Positions 15,377 through 27,408 of a stretch of 64,000 bases of DNA are shown here, piece by piece (the stretch's first letter is position 1; each line of letters starts with the position of its first letter). The stretch lies in NCBI RefSeq assembly GCF_044324875.1, contig NZ_CP172185.1. One strand, 5' to 3'. The notes under the pieces were generated by a model. The model had not been told where the DNA came from, ran no database searches, and saw only the letters and a list, made by a program, of their open reading frames with translations. The position numbers and the translations under genes are program-made. The DNA comes from Escherichia coli. Lineage in GTDB: Bacteria; Pseudomonadota; Gammaproteobacteria; Enterobacterales; Enterobacteriaceae.

Positions 15377-17398
15377 TCACGACGCGGCAATGAACAATTC
15401 ACGCAGCTGATGCAACTGGTCACGAATTTGCGCCGCTTCTTCGAACTCCAGATTCTGCGCGTGTTGCATCATCAACCCTTCCAGTTCATGGATCTTCTGC
15501 TGCAACGCTTTAGGCGACATATCCATCGGCACATTATCCGGCTCAACAATCGGTCGCGATTTTCCTCTGCCCTTCGCTTTGGTTTTAGCAATGTTCTGCC
15601 CCAGCGCCAGGATATCGACCACTTTCTTGTTCAAGCCCTGCGGCGTAATACCGTGTTCCTCGTTGTACTTCTGCTGTTTCTCGCGGCGACGTTCGGTTTC
15701 GCCAATCGCTTTCGCCATTGACGGGGTGATCTTATCGCCGTAGAGAATCGCTTTACCGTTAACGTTACGCGCCGCACGACCAATAGTCTGGATCAACGAA
15801 CGTTCAGAACGCAGGAAGCCTTCTTTGTCGGCGTCGAGGATCGCCACCAGCGACACTTCTGGCATATCCAGACCTTCGCGCAGTAAGTTGATCCCCACCA
15901 GCACGTCGAACTCGCCCAGACGCAAGTCGCGGATAATCTCCATACGCTCGACGGTGTCGATATCGGAGTGAAGATAACGCACGCGCTCGCCGTGTTCTTC
16001 GAGATATTCCGTGAGATCTTCCGCCATTCGCTTGGTCAGAGTTGTAACCAGTACGCGTTCGTTAATTGCCGCTCGCTGACGAATCTCCGATAGAAGATCA
16101 TCGACCTGTGTCGCCACCGGCCGCACTTCAATTATCGGGTCAAGCAATCCGGTTGGACGCACCACCTGATCCACCACATCGCCGCCGGATTTTTCCAGCT
16201 CGTAATTACCCGGCGTCGCCGAAACATAGATGGTTTGCGGCGCTAATGCTTCGAACTCTTCAAATTTCAGCGGACGGTTATCCAGCGCTGATGGCAGGCG
16301 GAAGCCGTACTCCACCAGCGTCTCTTTACGCGCCCGGTCACCGCGATACATGCCGCCAATTTGCGGAATGGTGACGTGTGATTCATCGACCACCAGCAGC
16401 CCATCGGCAGGCAGGTAATCAAACAGCGTCGGCGGTGGCTCACCCGGTCCACGACCGGAGAGGAAGCGCGAGTAGTTCTCAATCCCAGAACAGTAGCCCA
16501 GCTCGTTCATCATCTCCAGATCAAACTGGGTACGCTGGGTCAGCCGCTGCTCTTCAAGCAACTTGTTGTTCTCCAACAGCACTTTGCGTCTGGCGGCCAG
16601 TTCTTCTTTGATCTCTTCCATCGCCTGTACGATGCGCTCGCGCGGCGTGACGTAGTGCGTTTTCGGGTAGATGGTAAAACGTGGAATAGTGGAAACAATC
16701 TGCCCGGTGAGCGGGTCAAATAACGACAATCGTTCCACTTCCTCGTCAAACAGCTCCACGCGAAGTGCAATGTCATCCGATTCTGCTGGGAAGATATCAA
16801 TCACCTCACCACGAACGCGGAAAGTACCACGCTGGAATGCCTGATCATTACGAGCGTATTGCAGCTCCGCCAGTCGGCGCAGGATCGCGCGCTGATCGAT
16901 AATCATGCCGACCGTGAGATGGAGCATCATCTTGAGATATAAATCAGGATCGCCCAGACCATAAATCGCGGAAACAGACGCCACCACAACCACATCACGC
17001 CGCTCCAGCATCGCTTTGGTGGCGGACAAACGCATCTGTTCAATATGTTCGTTAACCGAGGCATCTTTCTCAATGAAGGTGTCGGAACTCGGTACATAGG
17101 CTTCCGGCTGATAGTAGTCGTAGTAGGAGACGAAATATTCCACCGCGTTTTCCGGGAAGAACTCTTTCATTTCGCCATACAACTGGGCCGCCAGCGTTTT
17201 GTTGGGCGCAAGTACCATGGTAGGGCGCTGAAGATCAGCAATGACATTGGCAATGGTGAAGGTTTTCCCGGAGCCAGTCACGCCAAGTAACGTCTGATGC
17301 GCCAGGCCATCTTCCAGCCCCTCTTCGAGACGTCGAATCGCCTCTGGCTGATCGCCAGAAGGTTTAAAAGCGGAATTCAGTTTGAACGGTTTACTCAT
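15377..17398 (-). CDS. uvrB: Excinuclease ABC subunit B
   Basis: 673 aa; Walker A (GVTGSGKT), helicase motifs, C-terminal UvrC-interaction coiled coil. Confidence 0.95.
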
Positions 17399-17471
17399 GA
17401 GTCGCTACCTGAAGGAGTTGGGCGGGCAGGTATGTAATTTTACTCGTCGTACTTAATTATGCCAACAAATT

Positions 17472-17491
17472 ATACTGGATAAAAAAACAGT
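17472..17491 (-). promoter_or_regulatory. LexA (SOS) box of the uvrB promoter
   Basis: Minus-strand aactgtttttttatccagta matches CTGT-N8-ACAG, ~75 bp upstream of uvrB start. Confidence 0.6.
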
Positions 17492-17794
17492 TCCTCACCA
17501 TAATATTTCTGTTACAGCGTAAACTCCGCTGTCAATCATGAGCAAAATTTACTCTGTGGCGAGATAAAACTCCGGCCTTACCGGGTTATCCCCAAAGCAA
17601 CGGCTTTTTTAACATTTGTCAAGATGAGTGATGACAGTTTTATGGCAAGAGATGCCTCTTCAGTGACTGCCATTGCAATTATCTAACCAGTTAAAAAATA
17701 AAAGATATTTCTTTAAGCCGTCTTTAACGCCAATTCGCGTGCAAGCCGCGTATTCTCTCGCTTGCCTCGTGTTTTCTAACTCTAATACACATGG

Positions 17795-17817
17795 TTATCC
17801 ACAGGAATAGTGGATAA
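17795..17817. promoter_or_regulatory. Inverted pair of DnaA-box-like 9-mers in uvrB upstream region
   Basis: ttatccaca ... tagtggataa (inverted TTATCCAC(A/T)); the uvrB distal promoter is known to be DnaA-regulated. Confidence 0.35.
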
Positions 17818-17976
17818 CTGTCTGCAGCCCCTATCCCCCGCCGCCTGGGCAATTCCCACATTCATCGCATGATGCGGAAGTAAAATTTTTTTCGTGATTA
17901 TTTTAGAATTTAATTGGTTAAATTGCAGTCAATCGAAGACGCGATCTCGCTCGCAATTTAACCAAATACAGGATGG

Positions 17977-18654
17977 CTACAACAAGGCAAGGTTTATGTA
18001 CTTTCCGGTTGCCGCATTTTCTGGATTTTCTGCAAGCCAGGGAATTTCGCCCACCAGCGGAGCGGGAATCATGCGGGTGAGCGTGGTCATATATTCAGCG
18101 TGACGTTTTCCAGGAGGCGTGACATCATTCGCCACCCAACCCGCCAGAGTCAGTCCGGCGTGTTGTATTGCCTGTGCCGTCAACATCGCGTGATTAATAC
18201 AGCCGAGTTTCACACCAACTACCAGTATCACCGGCAGTTGTTCCTGTGTTACCCAATCTGCAAAAGTGAAAGTGTCAGAAAGCGGCGTAAACCAGCCGCC
18301 AGCACCTTCCACTAACACCCAGTCAGCCTGTTGTTCAAGCGCGCGTAATCCGGCGCTCATTACCAATGATTCTATCGGCCTGCCCTCTTGTGCGCTGATG
18401 ATGTGCGGCGAAGTGGGTTCTGCGAAGGTGTAAGGATTTACCGTTGCGTAATCCAGCTGCAGGCTGCTGTTGCGCTGTAACGCCAGCGCGTCACTATTAC
18501 GTAAGCCTTCCGGGGTCTTTTCGCTGCCAGAGGCGACCGGTTTATAACCTGCCGTCCGATAACCTGCTGCCTTCGCGGCTTGTAAAAGTGCACAACTGGC
18601 GACAGTTTTCCCCACTTCGGTATCCGTTCCGGTGACAAAATAACGTTTACTCAC
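17977..18654 (-). CDS. bioD: Dethiobiotin synthetase BioD
   Basis: P-loop [12 protein letters not shown] extends to 18660, likely GTG start at 18654. Confidence 0.9.
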   Translation of the reverse strand: MSKRYFVTGTDTEVGKTVASCALLQAAKAAGYRTAGYKPVASGSEKTPEGLRNSDALALQRNSSLQLDYATVNPYTFAEPTSPHIISAQEGRPIESLVMSAGLRALEQQADWVLVEGAGGWFTPLSDTFTFADWVTQEQLPVILVVGVKLGCINHAMLTAQAIQHAGLTLAGWVANDVTPPGKRHAEYMTTLTRMIPAPLVGEIPWLAENPENAATGKYINLALL

Positions 18655-19402
18655 GAGCAATCACTCCCAAAAAAAGATGATACGTCAGAGGATATCGCCC
18701 CTGTTGTTGCGGCCATGCCAGTTGCAATCGCTGCAACTGCGAACGCGTTAATATTCGTGGGTAGCGCCCTTCATGAAGATGCGTGGCACCGATGCCTTTC
18801 AGCGAACGCATAGCACTGAGCGCATCATCAAACCACAGCGTGATGGGCTGAATATGATGTTGATAATGCACTCCGTTCAGCGACTGTTCGATTTCATCTG
18901 GCGGTAAAAAGCGATTAGCATGCGGGCGCTCGTCCACCGCCTGCCACGCCTGATGTAATTCAGGGAGCGATCCCTGCACCAGCGTGGTAAACGCGACCAC
19001 GCCTCCGGGGCGCACCACCCGATACAGCTCGCGAAGTGCCGTGGATAAATTACCGCACCACTGCACCGCGAGATTGCTCCATGCAAGATCGAACGTCGCA
19101 GTCGCTAACGGCAGGGATTCGATATCTCCCGCCAGATAATGGTCTGCGGCATCTTTATGGCGTGCCTGAACAAGCATTGGCGGCGAGAGATCTAACGCCG
19201 TCACCTGCGCGTGACGCTCTCTCCAATGGCGGCTCATCCAGCCAGGTCCACAACCCGCGTCCAGTACGTGGGTGTATTTACGCTGTGGGAGCGTTGCCAG
19301 TAAGACGTCAGCACTCTGGCGCTGTAACTCTGCGTGTTGCTCATAGTGCGCGGCTGCCCGACCAAATGCCGCTGCAATGGCTTGTTTATTAACCGTTGCC
19401 AT
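18647..19402 (-). CDS. bioC: Malonyl-ACP O-methyltransferase BioC
   Basis: Start ATG 19402 ([14 protein letters not shown]...); SAM-binding motif LDAGCGPG. Confidence 0.9.
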   Translation of the reverse strand: MATVNKQAIAAAFGRAAAHYEQHAELQRQSADVLLATLPQRKYTHVLDAGCGPGWMSRHWRERHAQVTALDLSPPMLVQARHKDAADHYLAGDIESLPLATATFDLAWSNLAVQWCGNLSTALRELYRVVRPGGVVAFTTLVQGSLPELHQAWQAVDERPHANRFLPPDEIEQSLNGVHYQHHIQPITLWFDDALSAMRSLKGIGATHLHEGRYPRILTRSQLQRLQLAWPQQQGRYPLTYHLFLGVIARE

Positions 19403-20543
19403 GCAGCACCTCCAGCAGACGGTCGATATCCTGCATTTCATGCGCGGCGGTTAGTGTTAAGCGCAGTCGCGCAGTACCAGCGGGTACGGTTGGCGGGCGA
19501 ATCGCCGTGACCCAGCAGCCTTGCTGGCGCAGTTTTTCTGCCAGTTGTAACGCACGGCTGTTATCACCAACAATCAATGGCTGGATGGCGCTGCATGAAT
19601 CAGCAAGCGTAAACGGCAAATCCTGTACTCCGGCACGAAAACGCGTAATGAGTGCCGCCAGTTTTTCGCGCCGTGCATCACCCTCATCACTGCGAATGAC
19701 CGCCAGCGATGCACGTAATGCCTGCGCCTGAGCGGGCGGCATACTGGTGCTGTAAATAAGATGGCGGGCAAATTGCACCAGATAATCCGCCACCGTACTG
19801 GAGCAAAGCACCGCTGCCCCGCTGACGCCAAATCCTTTGCCAAAAGTCACCACCAGCAATTCTGGTTTTACCTTTTGCAGCCAGCAGCTGCCGCGCCCCT
19901 GCTCCCCGATAACGCCCGTGCCGTGGGCATCATCAACCATCAACCAGCCATTGTGCTGTTGCGTTACTTGCTGGATTTCCGCCAGTGGCGCACTATCGCC
20001 GTCCATGCTGAACACGCCTTCTGTCACCACCAGTTGCTGCCCCGGACAGGGGGAAGCAAGCAGTCGCGCCAGATGAGCGACATCGTTATGGGTAAAACGT
20101 CGAAGCTGCGACGGGCTTAAACTGGCAGCCTCCAGCAATGAGGCATGGCTAAGCCGGTCGGCAACAATACGGTCCTCTTTCGCCATCATCGCGGCAATGA
20201 CCGCCTGATTAGCGGCAAAACCAGAGATAAACAGCAGTGCCCGCGAATAGCCCAGCCACTCGGCCAGTTCTTCTTCCAGCGCCTGATGCGCCACGCTATA
20301 ACCGCTGACGTGACCGGAACCGCCGCTACCGACGCCAAATTGCTCCGCTCCCTGCTTCCATGCACGAATGATGTCCGGATGATGGCTTAAGCCGAGGTAA
20401 TCATTGCAGGAAAAGTTCAGATACTGGCGATCATCCGCCACCAGCCAGCGTCCGGCCCCTTGCGCCACCGGATAACGGCGACGCAGGGCATCGGCAGCAC
20501 GCCGCGCATCGAGCGCCGCGTTGATTTTCTCCTGCCAGCTCAT
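19389..20543 (-). CDS. bioF: 8-amino-7-oxononanoate synthase BioF
   Basis: 384 aa PLP-dependent acyltransferase; position in bio operon. Confidence 0.9.
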   Translation of the reverse strand: MSWQEKINAALDARRAADALRRRYPVAQGAGRWLVADDRQYLNFSCNDYLGLSHHPDIIRAWKQGAEQFGVGSGGSGHVSGYSVAHQALEEELAEWLGYSRALLFISGFAANQAVIAAMMAKEDRIVADRLSHASLLEAASLSPSQLRRFTHNDVAHLARLLASPCPGQQLVVTEGVFSMDGDSAPLAEIQQVTQQHNGWLMVDDAHGTGVIGEQGRGSCWLQKVKPELLVVTFGKGFGVSGAAVLCSSTVADYLVQFARHLIYSTSMPPAQAQALRASLAVIRSDEGDARREKLAALITRFRAGVQDLPFTLADSCSAIQPLIVGDNSRALQLAEKLRQQGCWVTAIRPPTVPAGTARLRLTLTAAHEMQDIDRLLEVLHGNG

Positions 20544-21580
20544 AGTGCTGCCGCGTTGTAATATTCGTCAGTGTCCGGGGTCATCAGTGCCTGCTCCAGA
20601 CGCTGCTGTTGTTCGTTATCCCCTGCCAGCACGGCAGTTTGCTGCGGATTTAGCCCCAGTTTGCGGAACAGTTGCAGGTCTTTATCTTCTTCCGGATTCG
20701 GCGTGGTTAGCAGTTTGCAACCGTAGAAAATCGAGTTTGCCCCGGCCATAAAGCACATCGCCTGAGTCTGTTCATTCATCTGCTCGCGTCCGGCAGAAAG
20801 GCGCACGTATGAGGTCGGCATCATGATCCGCGCTACGGCAATGGTGCGAATAAAATCAAAGGCATCGACATCATCGTTATCCGCCAGCGGTGTGCCTTTC
20901 ACCTTCACCAGCATGTTGATTGGCACGCTTTCCGGCGGCGTCGGCAGGTTTGCCAGTTGCAGTAATAATCCGGCGCGATCTTTCACCGTTTCGCCTAAGC
21001 CCACAATGCCACCTGAGCAGACTTTGATCCCGGCATCGCGCACTTTTTCCAGCGTATCAAGGCGTTCCTGATAAGTGCGTGTAGTGATGATATTGCCGTA
21101 AAACTCCGGCGAGGTGTCGAGGTTGTGGTTGTAGTAATCCAGCCCGGCGTTCGCAAGGCGCTGCGCCTGAGATTCACTCAACGTACCCAGCGTCATACAC
21201 GCCTCCAGCCCCATCGCTTTTACTCCCTGCACCATTTGTTCCAGGTAGGGCATATCGCGTTCGTGGGGATTCTTCCACGCCGCGCCCATGCAGAAGCGCG
21301 TCGATCCTGCCGCTTTCGCTTTGCGCGCCGACTCCAGCACCTGTTCAACTTCCATCAACCGCTCGGCTTCCAGCCCGGTTTTGTAGCGCGAGCTTTGCGG
21401 GCAGTATTTGCAATCTTCCGGACAAGCTCCGGTCTTAATTGACAGCAAAGTGCTGACCTGCACCTGACGTGGATCGAAATGCTGACGATGCACCTGCTGC
21501 GCTTCAAACAGCAGATCCAGCAACGGTTTTTCAAATAATTCTGTGACTTGCGACAATGTCCAGCGTGGGCGGTGAGCCAT
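20540..21580 (-). CDS. bioB: Biotin synthase BioB (radical SAM)
   Basis: 346 aa; CPEDCKYC radical-SAM motif. Confidence 0.9.
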   Translation of the reverse strand: MAHRPRWTLSQVTELFEKPLLDLLFEAQQVHRQHFDPRQVQVSTLLSIKTGACPEDCKYCPQSSRYKTGLEAERLMEVEQVLESARKAKAAGSTRFCMGAAWKNPHERDMPYLEQMVQGVKAMGLEACMTLGTLSESQAQRLANAGLDYYNHNLDTSPEFYGNIITTRTYQERLDTLEKVRDAGIKVCSGGIVGLGETVKDRAGLLLQLANLPTPPESVPINMLVKVKGTPLADNDDVDAFDFIRTIAVARIMMPTSYVRLSAGREQMNEQTQAMCFMAGANSIFYGCKLLTTPNPEEDKDLQLFRKLGLNPQQTAVLAGDNEQQQRLEQALMTPDTDEYYNAAAL

Positions 21581-21617
21581 GGGGCTTCTCCAAAACGTGT
21601 TTTTTGTTGTTAATTCG

Positions 21618-21662
21618 GTGTAGACTCGTAAACCTAAATCTTTTCAATTTGGTTTACAAGTC
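21618..21662. promoter_or_regulatory. bio operator (BirA binding palindrome) in divergent bioA/bioBFCD promoter region
   Basis: Near-perfect palindrome cttgtaaaccaaattgaaaagatttaggtttacgag (read on minus strand) between bioB and bioA starts. Confidence 0.6.
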
Positions 21663-21666
21663 GATT

Positions 21667-22956
21667 ATGACAACGGACGATCTTGCCTTTGACCAACGCC
21701 ATATCTGGCACCCATACACATCCATGACCTCCCCGCTACCGGTTTATCCGGTGGCGAGCGCCGAAGGTTGCGAGCTAATTTTGTCTGACGGCAGACGCCT
21801 GGTTGACGGTATGTCGTCCTGGTGGGCGGCGATCCACGGCTACAATCACCCGCAGCTTAATGCGGCGATGAAGTCGCAAATTGATGCCATGTCGCATGTG
21901 ATGTTTGGTGGTATCACCCATGCGCCAGCCATTGAGCTGTGCCGCAAACTGGTGGCAATGACGCCGCAACCGCTGGAATGCGTTTTTCTCGCGGACTCCG
22001 GTTCCGTAGCGGTGGAAGTGGCGATGAAAATGGCGTTGCAGTACTGGCAAGCCAAAGGCGAAGCGCGCCAGCGTTTTCTGACCTTCCGCAATGGTTATCA
22101 TGGCGATACCTTTGGCGCGATGTCGGTGTGCGATCCGGACAACTCAATGCACAGCCTGTGGAAAGGCTATCTGCCAGAAAACTTGTTTGCTCCCGCCCCG
22201 CAAAGCCGCATGGATGGTGAATGGGATGAGCGCGATATGGTGGGCTTTGCCCGCCTGATGGCGGCGCATCGTCATGAAATCGCGGCGGTGATCATTGAAC
22301 CGATTGTCCAGGGCGCAGGCGGGATGCGCATCTACCATCCGGAATGGTTAAAACGAATCCGCAAAATGTGCGATCGCGAAGGTATCTTGCTGATTGCCGA
22401 CGAGATCGCCACCGGATTTGGTCGTACTGGCAAACTGTTTGCCTGTGAACATGCAGATATCGCGCCGGACATTTTGTGCCTCGGTAAAGCCTTAACCGGC
22501 GGTACAATGACCCTTTCCGCCACACTCACCACGCGCGAGGTTGCGGAAACCATCAGTAACGGCGAAGCCGGTTGCTTTATGCATGGGCCAACTTTTATGG
22601 GCAATCCGCTAGCCTGCGCGGCAGCAAACGCCAGCCTGGCGATTCTCGAATCTGGCGACTGGCAGCAGCAGGTGGTGGCTATTGAAGTACAACTGCGCGA
22701 GCAACTGGCACCAGCCCGTGATGCCGAAATGGTTGCCGATGTGCGCGTGCTAGGGGCCATTGGCGTGGTCGAAACCACTCGTCCGGTGAATATGGCGGCG
22801 CTGCAAAAATTCTTTGTCGAACAGGGGGTATGGATCCGGCCTTTTGGCAAACTGATTTACCTGATGCCGCCCTATATTATTCTCCCGCAACAGTTGCAGC
22901 GTCTGACCGCAGCGGTTAATCGTGCGGTGCAGGATGAAACATTTTTTTGCCAATAA
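21667..22956 (+). CDS. bioA: Adenosylmethionine-8-amino-7-oxononanoate aminotransferase BioA
   Basis: Start ATG 21667 ([19 protein letters not shown]...); class III aminotransferase. Confidence 0.9.
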   Translation: MTTDDLAFDQRHIWHPYTSMTSPLPVYPVASAEGCELILSDGRRLVDGMSSWWAAIHGYNHPQLNAAMKSQIDAMSHVMFGGITHAPAIELCRKLVAMTPQPLECVFLADSGSVAVEVAMKMALQYWQAKGEARQRFLTFRNGYHGDTFGAMSVCDPDNSMHSLWKGYLPENLFAPAPQSRMDGEWDERDMVGFARLMAAHRHEIAAVIIEPIVQGAGGMRIYHPEWLKRIRKMCDREGILLIADEIATGFGRTGKLFACEHADIAPDILCLGKALTGGTMTLSATLTTREVAETISNGEAGCFMHGPTFMGNPLACAAANASLAILESGDWQQQVVAIEVQLREQLAPARDAEMVADVRVLGAIGVVETTRPVNMAALQKFFVEQGVWIRPFGKLIYLMPPYIILPQQLQRLTAAVNRAVQDETFFCQ

Positions 22957-23014
22957 CGGGAAGTCAGCGTGAGGGTTTCTGGCTACACTTTCTGCAAACA
23001 ATAAAGGAGGGTTC

Positions 23015-23491
23015 ATGAAACTCATCAGTAATGATCTGCGCGATGGCGATAAGTTGCCACATCGTCATGTCTTTAACGGCATGGGTTACGATGGCGATAA
23101 TATTTCACCGCATCTGGCGTGGGATGATGTTCCTGCGGGAACGAAAAGTTTTGTCGTCACCTGCTACGACCCGGATGCGCCAACCGGCTCCGGCTGGTGG
23201 CACTGGGTAGTTGTTAATTTACCCGCTGATACCCGCGTATTACCGCAAGGGTTTGGCTCTGGTCTGGTAGCAATGCCAGACGGCGTTTTGCAGACGCGTA
23301 CCGACTTTGGTAAAACCGGGTACGATGGCGCAGCGCCGCCGAAAGGCGAAACCCATCGCTACATCTTTACCGTTCACGCGCTGGATGTAGAACGTATTGA
23401 TGTCGATGAAGGAGCCAGCGGCGCGATGGTCGGTTTTAACGTCCATTTCCACTCTCTGGCAAGCGCCTCGATTACTGCGATGTTTAGTTAA
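23015..23491 (+). CDS. ybhB: PEBP/RKIP-family protein YbhB
   Basis: 158 aa phosphatidylethanolamine-binding protein family; the gene that flanks attB-lambda on the bio side. Confidence 0.85.
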   Translation: MKLISNDLRDGDKLPHRHVFNGMGYDGDNISPHLAWDDVPAGTKSFVVTCYDPDAPTGSGWWHWVVVNLPADTRVLPQGFGSGLVAMPDGVLQTRTDFGKTGYDGAAPPKGETHRYIFTVHALDVERIDVDEGASGAMVGFNVHFHSLASASITAMFS

Positions 23492-23581
23492 TCACTCTGC
23501 CAGATGGCGCAATGCCATCTGGTATCACTTAAAGGTATTAAAAACAACTTTTTGTCTTTTTACCTTCCCGTTTCGCTCAAG

Positions 23582-23596
23582 TTAGTATAAAAAAGC
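23582..23596. repeat. Prophage attachment core, bio-proximal junction (attR): ttagtataaaaaagc
   Basis: Exact 15-bp lambda common core; identical copy at 62969..62983; flanked on the phage side by Int arm-type sites (cagtcactat, gtgacctg). Confidence 0.9.
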
Positions 23597-23742
23597 TGAA
23601 CGCGAAACAGCAAAAGCCAATAATATCAATGTGTTAAAATACATTTAGTCTAAAAAATAGACTTCATGATACTACAAAACACAACATATCCAGTCACTAT
23701 GAATCAACTACTTAGGTGGTATTAGTGACCTGAGACAGAGCA

Positions 23743-23784
23743 TTAGCGCAAGGTGATTTTTTGTCCTCTTGCGCTAATTTTTTG
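23743..23784 (+). terminator. sib/tI-like hairpin terminator in the att P' arm
   Basis: 10-bp stem ttagcgcaag / cttgcgctaa followed by TTTTTTG; same strand as int; sits where lambda sib lies relative to the core. Confidence 0.5.
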
Positions 23785-23939
23785 TCATCAAACATATCGC
23801 ACTCCAGAGAAGCACAACACCTTGCAGTCCAGTGCAAAGCTTTGTGTACCAGAGTTTTCCTCATCAACTACCGCAAGTATCGATCGATTGAGACTTGGAT
23901 GATAGACTTCATACCTTTCAGAACTCATTGATTAAATAA

Positions 23940-24302
23940 ATGTTAAATATATTTGCAAGGTACACCTCGATTGGTGTGCTGAACACACTTATACACTGGG
24001 TGGTTTTTGGTGTATGTATCTATGCCGCGCATACCAATCAGGCTCTGGCAAACTTCGCAGGTTTCGTTGTGGCTGTGAGTTTTAGCTTCTTCGCGAATGC
24101 AAAATTCACATTCAAAGCATCAACTACAACGATGCGCTACATGTTATATGTCGGGTTCATGGGAACACTGAGTGCTACTGTTGGATGGGCTGCTGATAGA
24201 TGCGCACTTCCCCCGATGATAACTCTTGTCACCTTCTCCGCCATCAGCCTGGTGTGCGGTTTCGTCTATTCAAAGTTCATTGTCTTTAGGGATGCGAAAT
24301 GA
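23940..24302 (+). CDS. gtrA: Bactoprenol-linked glucose translocase (flippase) GtrA
   Basis: 120 aa, four hydrophobic segments; first gene of a three-gene gtr cassette. Confidence 0.8.
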   Translation: MLNIFARYTSIGVLNTLIHWVVFGVCIYAAHTNQALANFAGFVVAVSFSFFANAKFTFKASTTTMRYMLYVGFMGTLSATVGWAADRCALPPMITLVTFSAISLVCGFVYSKFIVFRDAK

Positions 24303-25228
24303 AAATTTCTTTAGTCGTTCCGGTCTTTAACGAAGAGGCCACGATACCTATTTTTTATAAAACCGTGCGCGAATTTGAAGGGCTTCAGCAGCATGAAGTC
24401 GAGATAGTCTTCATAAACGATGGCAGCAAAGACGCTACAGAATCAATTATCAACGAGCTTGCTGTTGCCGACCCGCTTGTGGTTTCGCTGTCGTTCACAC
24501 GTAACTTCGGCAAAGAACCCGCCCTGTTCGCAGGTCTGGACCATGCTACCGGGGAGGCAATTATCCCGATTGACGTTGATCTGCAAGACCCTATCGAAGT
24601 TATTCCTCACTTGATAGAGAAATGGCAGGCCGGTGCAGATATGGTTCTGGCTAAACGCTCTGACCGCTCCACTGACAGCAGGCTGAAGCGTAAATCTGCT
24701 GAGTGGTTCTATAAACTTCATAACAAAATCAGCAACCCTCAGATAGAAGAGAATGTTGGCGACTTCCGGCTCATGTCTCGCGAAGTAGTAGAAAATATTA
24801 AGCTCATGCCAGAACGAAACCTGTTTATGAAGGGTGTGCTGAGCTGGGTTGGTGGTCGAACCGATGTCGTAGAATATGCGCGAGCAGAACGCGTTGCAGG
24901 AAGCACAAAGTTCAATGGATGGAAGCTATGGAACTTGGCGCTGGAAGGGATCACTAGCTTCTCAACATTCCCGCTTCGCATGTGGACCTATATTGGGTTA
25001 TTTATTGCATGTATATCATTTACATACGGTTCATGGATGATAATTGATAAATTAATTTTTGGTAATAATGTACCTGGATACCCTTCAATTCTTGTATCAA
25101 TATTGTTTCTTGGCGGCGTACAACTAATTGGTATTGGTGTACTTGGAGAGTACATAGGACGTATTTATATTGAAGTTAAGCAGCGCCCAAGATATGTTTT
25201 AAAGGATCAGAAAAATGATTGCAAATAA
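24299..25228 (+). CDS. gtrB: Bactoprenol glucosyltransferase GtrB (GT2 family)
   Basis: 309 aa; N-terminal GT2 domain with DxD-type motifs (NDGSKD, DVDLQD), C-terminal TM helices; 4-bp overlap with gtrA. Confidence 0.85.
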   Translation: MKISLVVPVFNEEATIPIFYKTVREFEGLQQHEVEIVFINDGSKDATESIINELAVADPLVVSLSFTRNFGKEPALFAGLDHATGEAIIPIDVDLQDPIEVIPHLIEKWQAGADMVLAKRSDRSTDSRLKRKSAEWFYKLHNKISNPQIEENVGDFRLMSREVVENIKLMPERNLFMKGVLSWVGGRTDVVEYARAERVAGSTKFNGWKLWNLALEGITSFSTFPLRMWTYIGLFIACISFTYGSWMIIDKLIFGNNVPGYPSILVSILFLGGVQLIGIGVLGEYIGRIYIEVKQRPRYVLKDQKNDCK

Positions 25229-26702
25229 AAACAAAACACCTTTCCATTGGTTCTTGATATCTGTTTTTATATATTTCACCCCCATCATCATGGCAAATAT
25301 TCATTATGTAGATGATCAGGGAAGAGCTATATGGGGGTATACTGGATGGGCTAGGGATGGTAGACCTTTGGCTGAAATGTTGATGATTGCATTGAATTTC
25401 AACATGCACATAACGGACTTATTCCCATTTCCTGCAATATTATCAGTATTTTTGATATCTGTTTGCCTGTATTTTTTTAGCAGGATGTTTATATCGACAG
25501 ATAATAAATTTATTGGACTGTTGGTTCCTCTTGGTATTTTATCAAGCCCATTTTTAATTGAAAATGCAATGTATCGCTTTGATGTTTTACCGATGTTCAT
25601 AAGTATTGCATTGTCATTCTCAGTTGTAATATTTAATTTCAAAAAGACAATTTTAAATATTTCTTTTGCCGCCCTGTTAACATTATTTATATTGTCTATA
25701 TACCAAGCATCATTAAATTTCATGCTGGTTATTATTCTGTGTAAATATATTTACATGTACTTTAACTCAGATAGTAACAGACATCTATTAACTTACCTCA
25801 TAGAAAAGACGGTATCATTAGTTATAGGTGTTGCATTATATTTTTTGGTGGTTATTCCTTTATTTTTAACTGTTGTTGGGGACCCGGATCACCCATCAAT
25901 TAAAACTGAAGGCATTTTTTCAGTTATATATGAAAACTTAAAATTTTATCTTCATTCAATATCTAGTGGTATTTTTGGGGAATCAGGACGAGTTGCGTTT
26001 ATAGTAATATTTTTATTTTTCATTGCAATGACGACATTCATCGCGCTAAAGAAATCAATACCTAATAAAAGTATTACTGGTATTATTAATTTTTTAATTA
26101 CAATAACATCACCAGTAACAGCTTTGATATTGTCTTTTGCTACTCTATTACCACTTCAGCATCACATCGACGCCCCAAGAGTGATGATCGGTTTTTCTGC
26201 TACGATGTTGTTCTTATTCATGATTGTTTATCTTTTCTCGCGAGAAACAAAAAATTCAATAACATATATACTTGTAATTCCTCTGATTTATGTTTTTGGT
26301 TTTTTATGTTCATACACAAATGCAATGACAGAAGAAAAAAACATAACCACAGTTCTGTTTCATCAGATTAAAAATGATGCTTTCGAGTTAAGCGGAAAAA
26401 CAAATCAGATACTTATTTTTAATGGTAAAAAGAAAGACAATGATGTTTTTGTAAACGCACGAAATAATTACCCGTTAATATCTAGATTTTTCCCAGAGTA
26501 TTTCTATAATTGGGATTGGCCATTCCCTTATATGAATAGAGTTGGAGTTTACTTTAAACACCCTGGGAATACAAACATTGCAAGTGTGTTAAATGAAAAA
26601 ACCTTTTGCTCAACCGCAAAGATTAAAAGAGCATATGAATATAACTTATACTCATATGATGATATTATTGTAGTTGATTTTGACAAAAACATTTGTCAGT
26701 GA
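25215..26702 (+). CDS. Serotype-specific O-antigen glucosyltransferase (Gtr type-specific, polytopic)
   Basis: 495 aa, many TM segments, strongly AT-rich, third position of gtr cassette. Confidence 0.7.
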   Translation: MIANKNKTPFHWFLISVFIYFTPIIMANIHYVDDQGRAIWGYTGWARDGRPLAEMLMIALNFNMHITDLFPFPAILSVFLISVCLYFFSRMFISTDNKFIGLLVPLGILSSPFLIENAMYRFDVLPMFISIALSFSVVIFNFKKTILNISFAALLTLFILSIYQASLNFMLVIILCKYIYMYFNSDSNRHLLTYLIEKTVSLVIGVALYFLVVIPLFLTVVGDPDHPSIKTEGIFSVIYENLKFYLHSISSGIFGESGRVAFIVIFLFFIAMTTFIALKKSIPNKSITGIINFLITITSPVTALILSFATLLPLQHHIDAPRVMIGFSATMLFLFMIVYLFSRETKNSITYILVIPLIYVFGFLCSYTNAMTEEKNITTVLFHQIKNDAFELSGKTNQILIFNGKKKDNDVFVNARNNYPLISRFFPEYFYNWDWPFPYMNRVGVYFKHPGNTNIASVLNEKTFCSTAKIKRAYEYNLYSYDDIIVVDFDKNICQ

Positions 26703-26882
26703 TTATTATGGCGCATCGATACTTTATATTGATGCGCCATAAATTAATCAAGTATTTGTTCCATCAGCTCGCTGCCATGATGAAGCTGTGCCGTTATACC
26801 ATATTGGAAGACCTAGCGTTGTATCGTAGTATTCAACTGGCACAATTGGAGAGACAGGCCTCTGCGCAGTTGTACCATATAA

Positions 26883-27032
26883 CAAAGATGTCAACGGAGA
26901 GGTGTAGGCCGCAAACTGACTGATGATGAAAAAAGGCGGCTGAATGCGGTACTCGACTACATCGACGCAGTGACAGCAGTTGATGCTGCCCCTGCGCCTG
27001 ATATCAACTGGCCCGCTCCCCCGGTTGCGTAG
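26883..27032 (+). pseudogene. Remnant of a tail-fiber-assembly (Tfa) C-terminus in inverted orientation
   Basis: Plus-strand frame encodes ...[38 protein letters not shown], homologous to the C-terminus of the adjacent minus-strand Tfa; no N-terminal part present. Confidence 0.45.
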
Positions 27033-27408
27033 GCCACTCTATTTCGGGTGCCGCTGAGGTATCAACACGGTTCAGCAGTACCCTGTATTTTTTCCACGCC
27101 AGCAGTAACGTCTGTTCATCGTCTGTCGCCATTTCCAAATCAACGGCATCCTGCAGCGGTGCTATTGCGTTATTTGCTACGGTCAGTAGTGCTGATTTCT
27201 GCAGCTCAGCCTCCGCAACTAACGCGTTGTGAGAGCGTTCTGGGGGAGGTGGCGCGGTAAATACTCCGTCTGAATATGACCAACCGATGCCAGCATCGCC
27301 GTTTAACGGAACTAAATTACCAGCCTCTGGTTTCCATTCAGAAATTCCGTCCCAGATAATGACATCAATAACAACGTTATTATCAACAACTGCATAAACA
27401 TCATTCAT
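27004..27408 (-). CDS. Tail fiber assembly protein (Tfa chaperone)
   Basis: 134 aa; N-terminal [11 protein letters not shown]... and C-terminal WPxxP motif; immediately downstream of the tail fiber gene. Confidence 0.75.
   Translation of the reverse strand: MNDVYAVVDNNVVIDVIIWDGISEWKPEAGNLVPLNGDAGIGWSYSDGVFTAPPPPERSHNALVAEAELQKSALLTVANNAIAPLQDAVDLEMATDDEQTLLLAWKKYRVLLNRVDTSAAPEIEWPTQPGERAS

Noticed and set aside
26693-26923. 76-aa ORF immediately after the gtr type-specific gene
   Set aside because: No RBS, odd composition, and it lies just upstream of the inverted tfa remnant; likely non-coding recombination scar.
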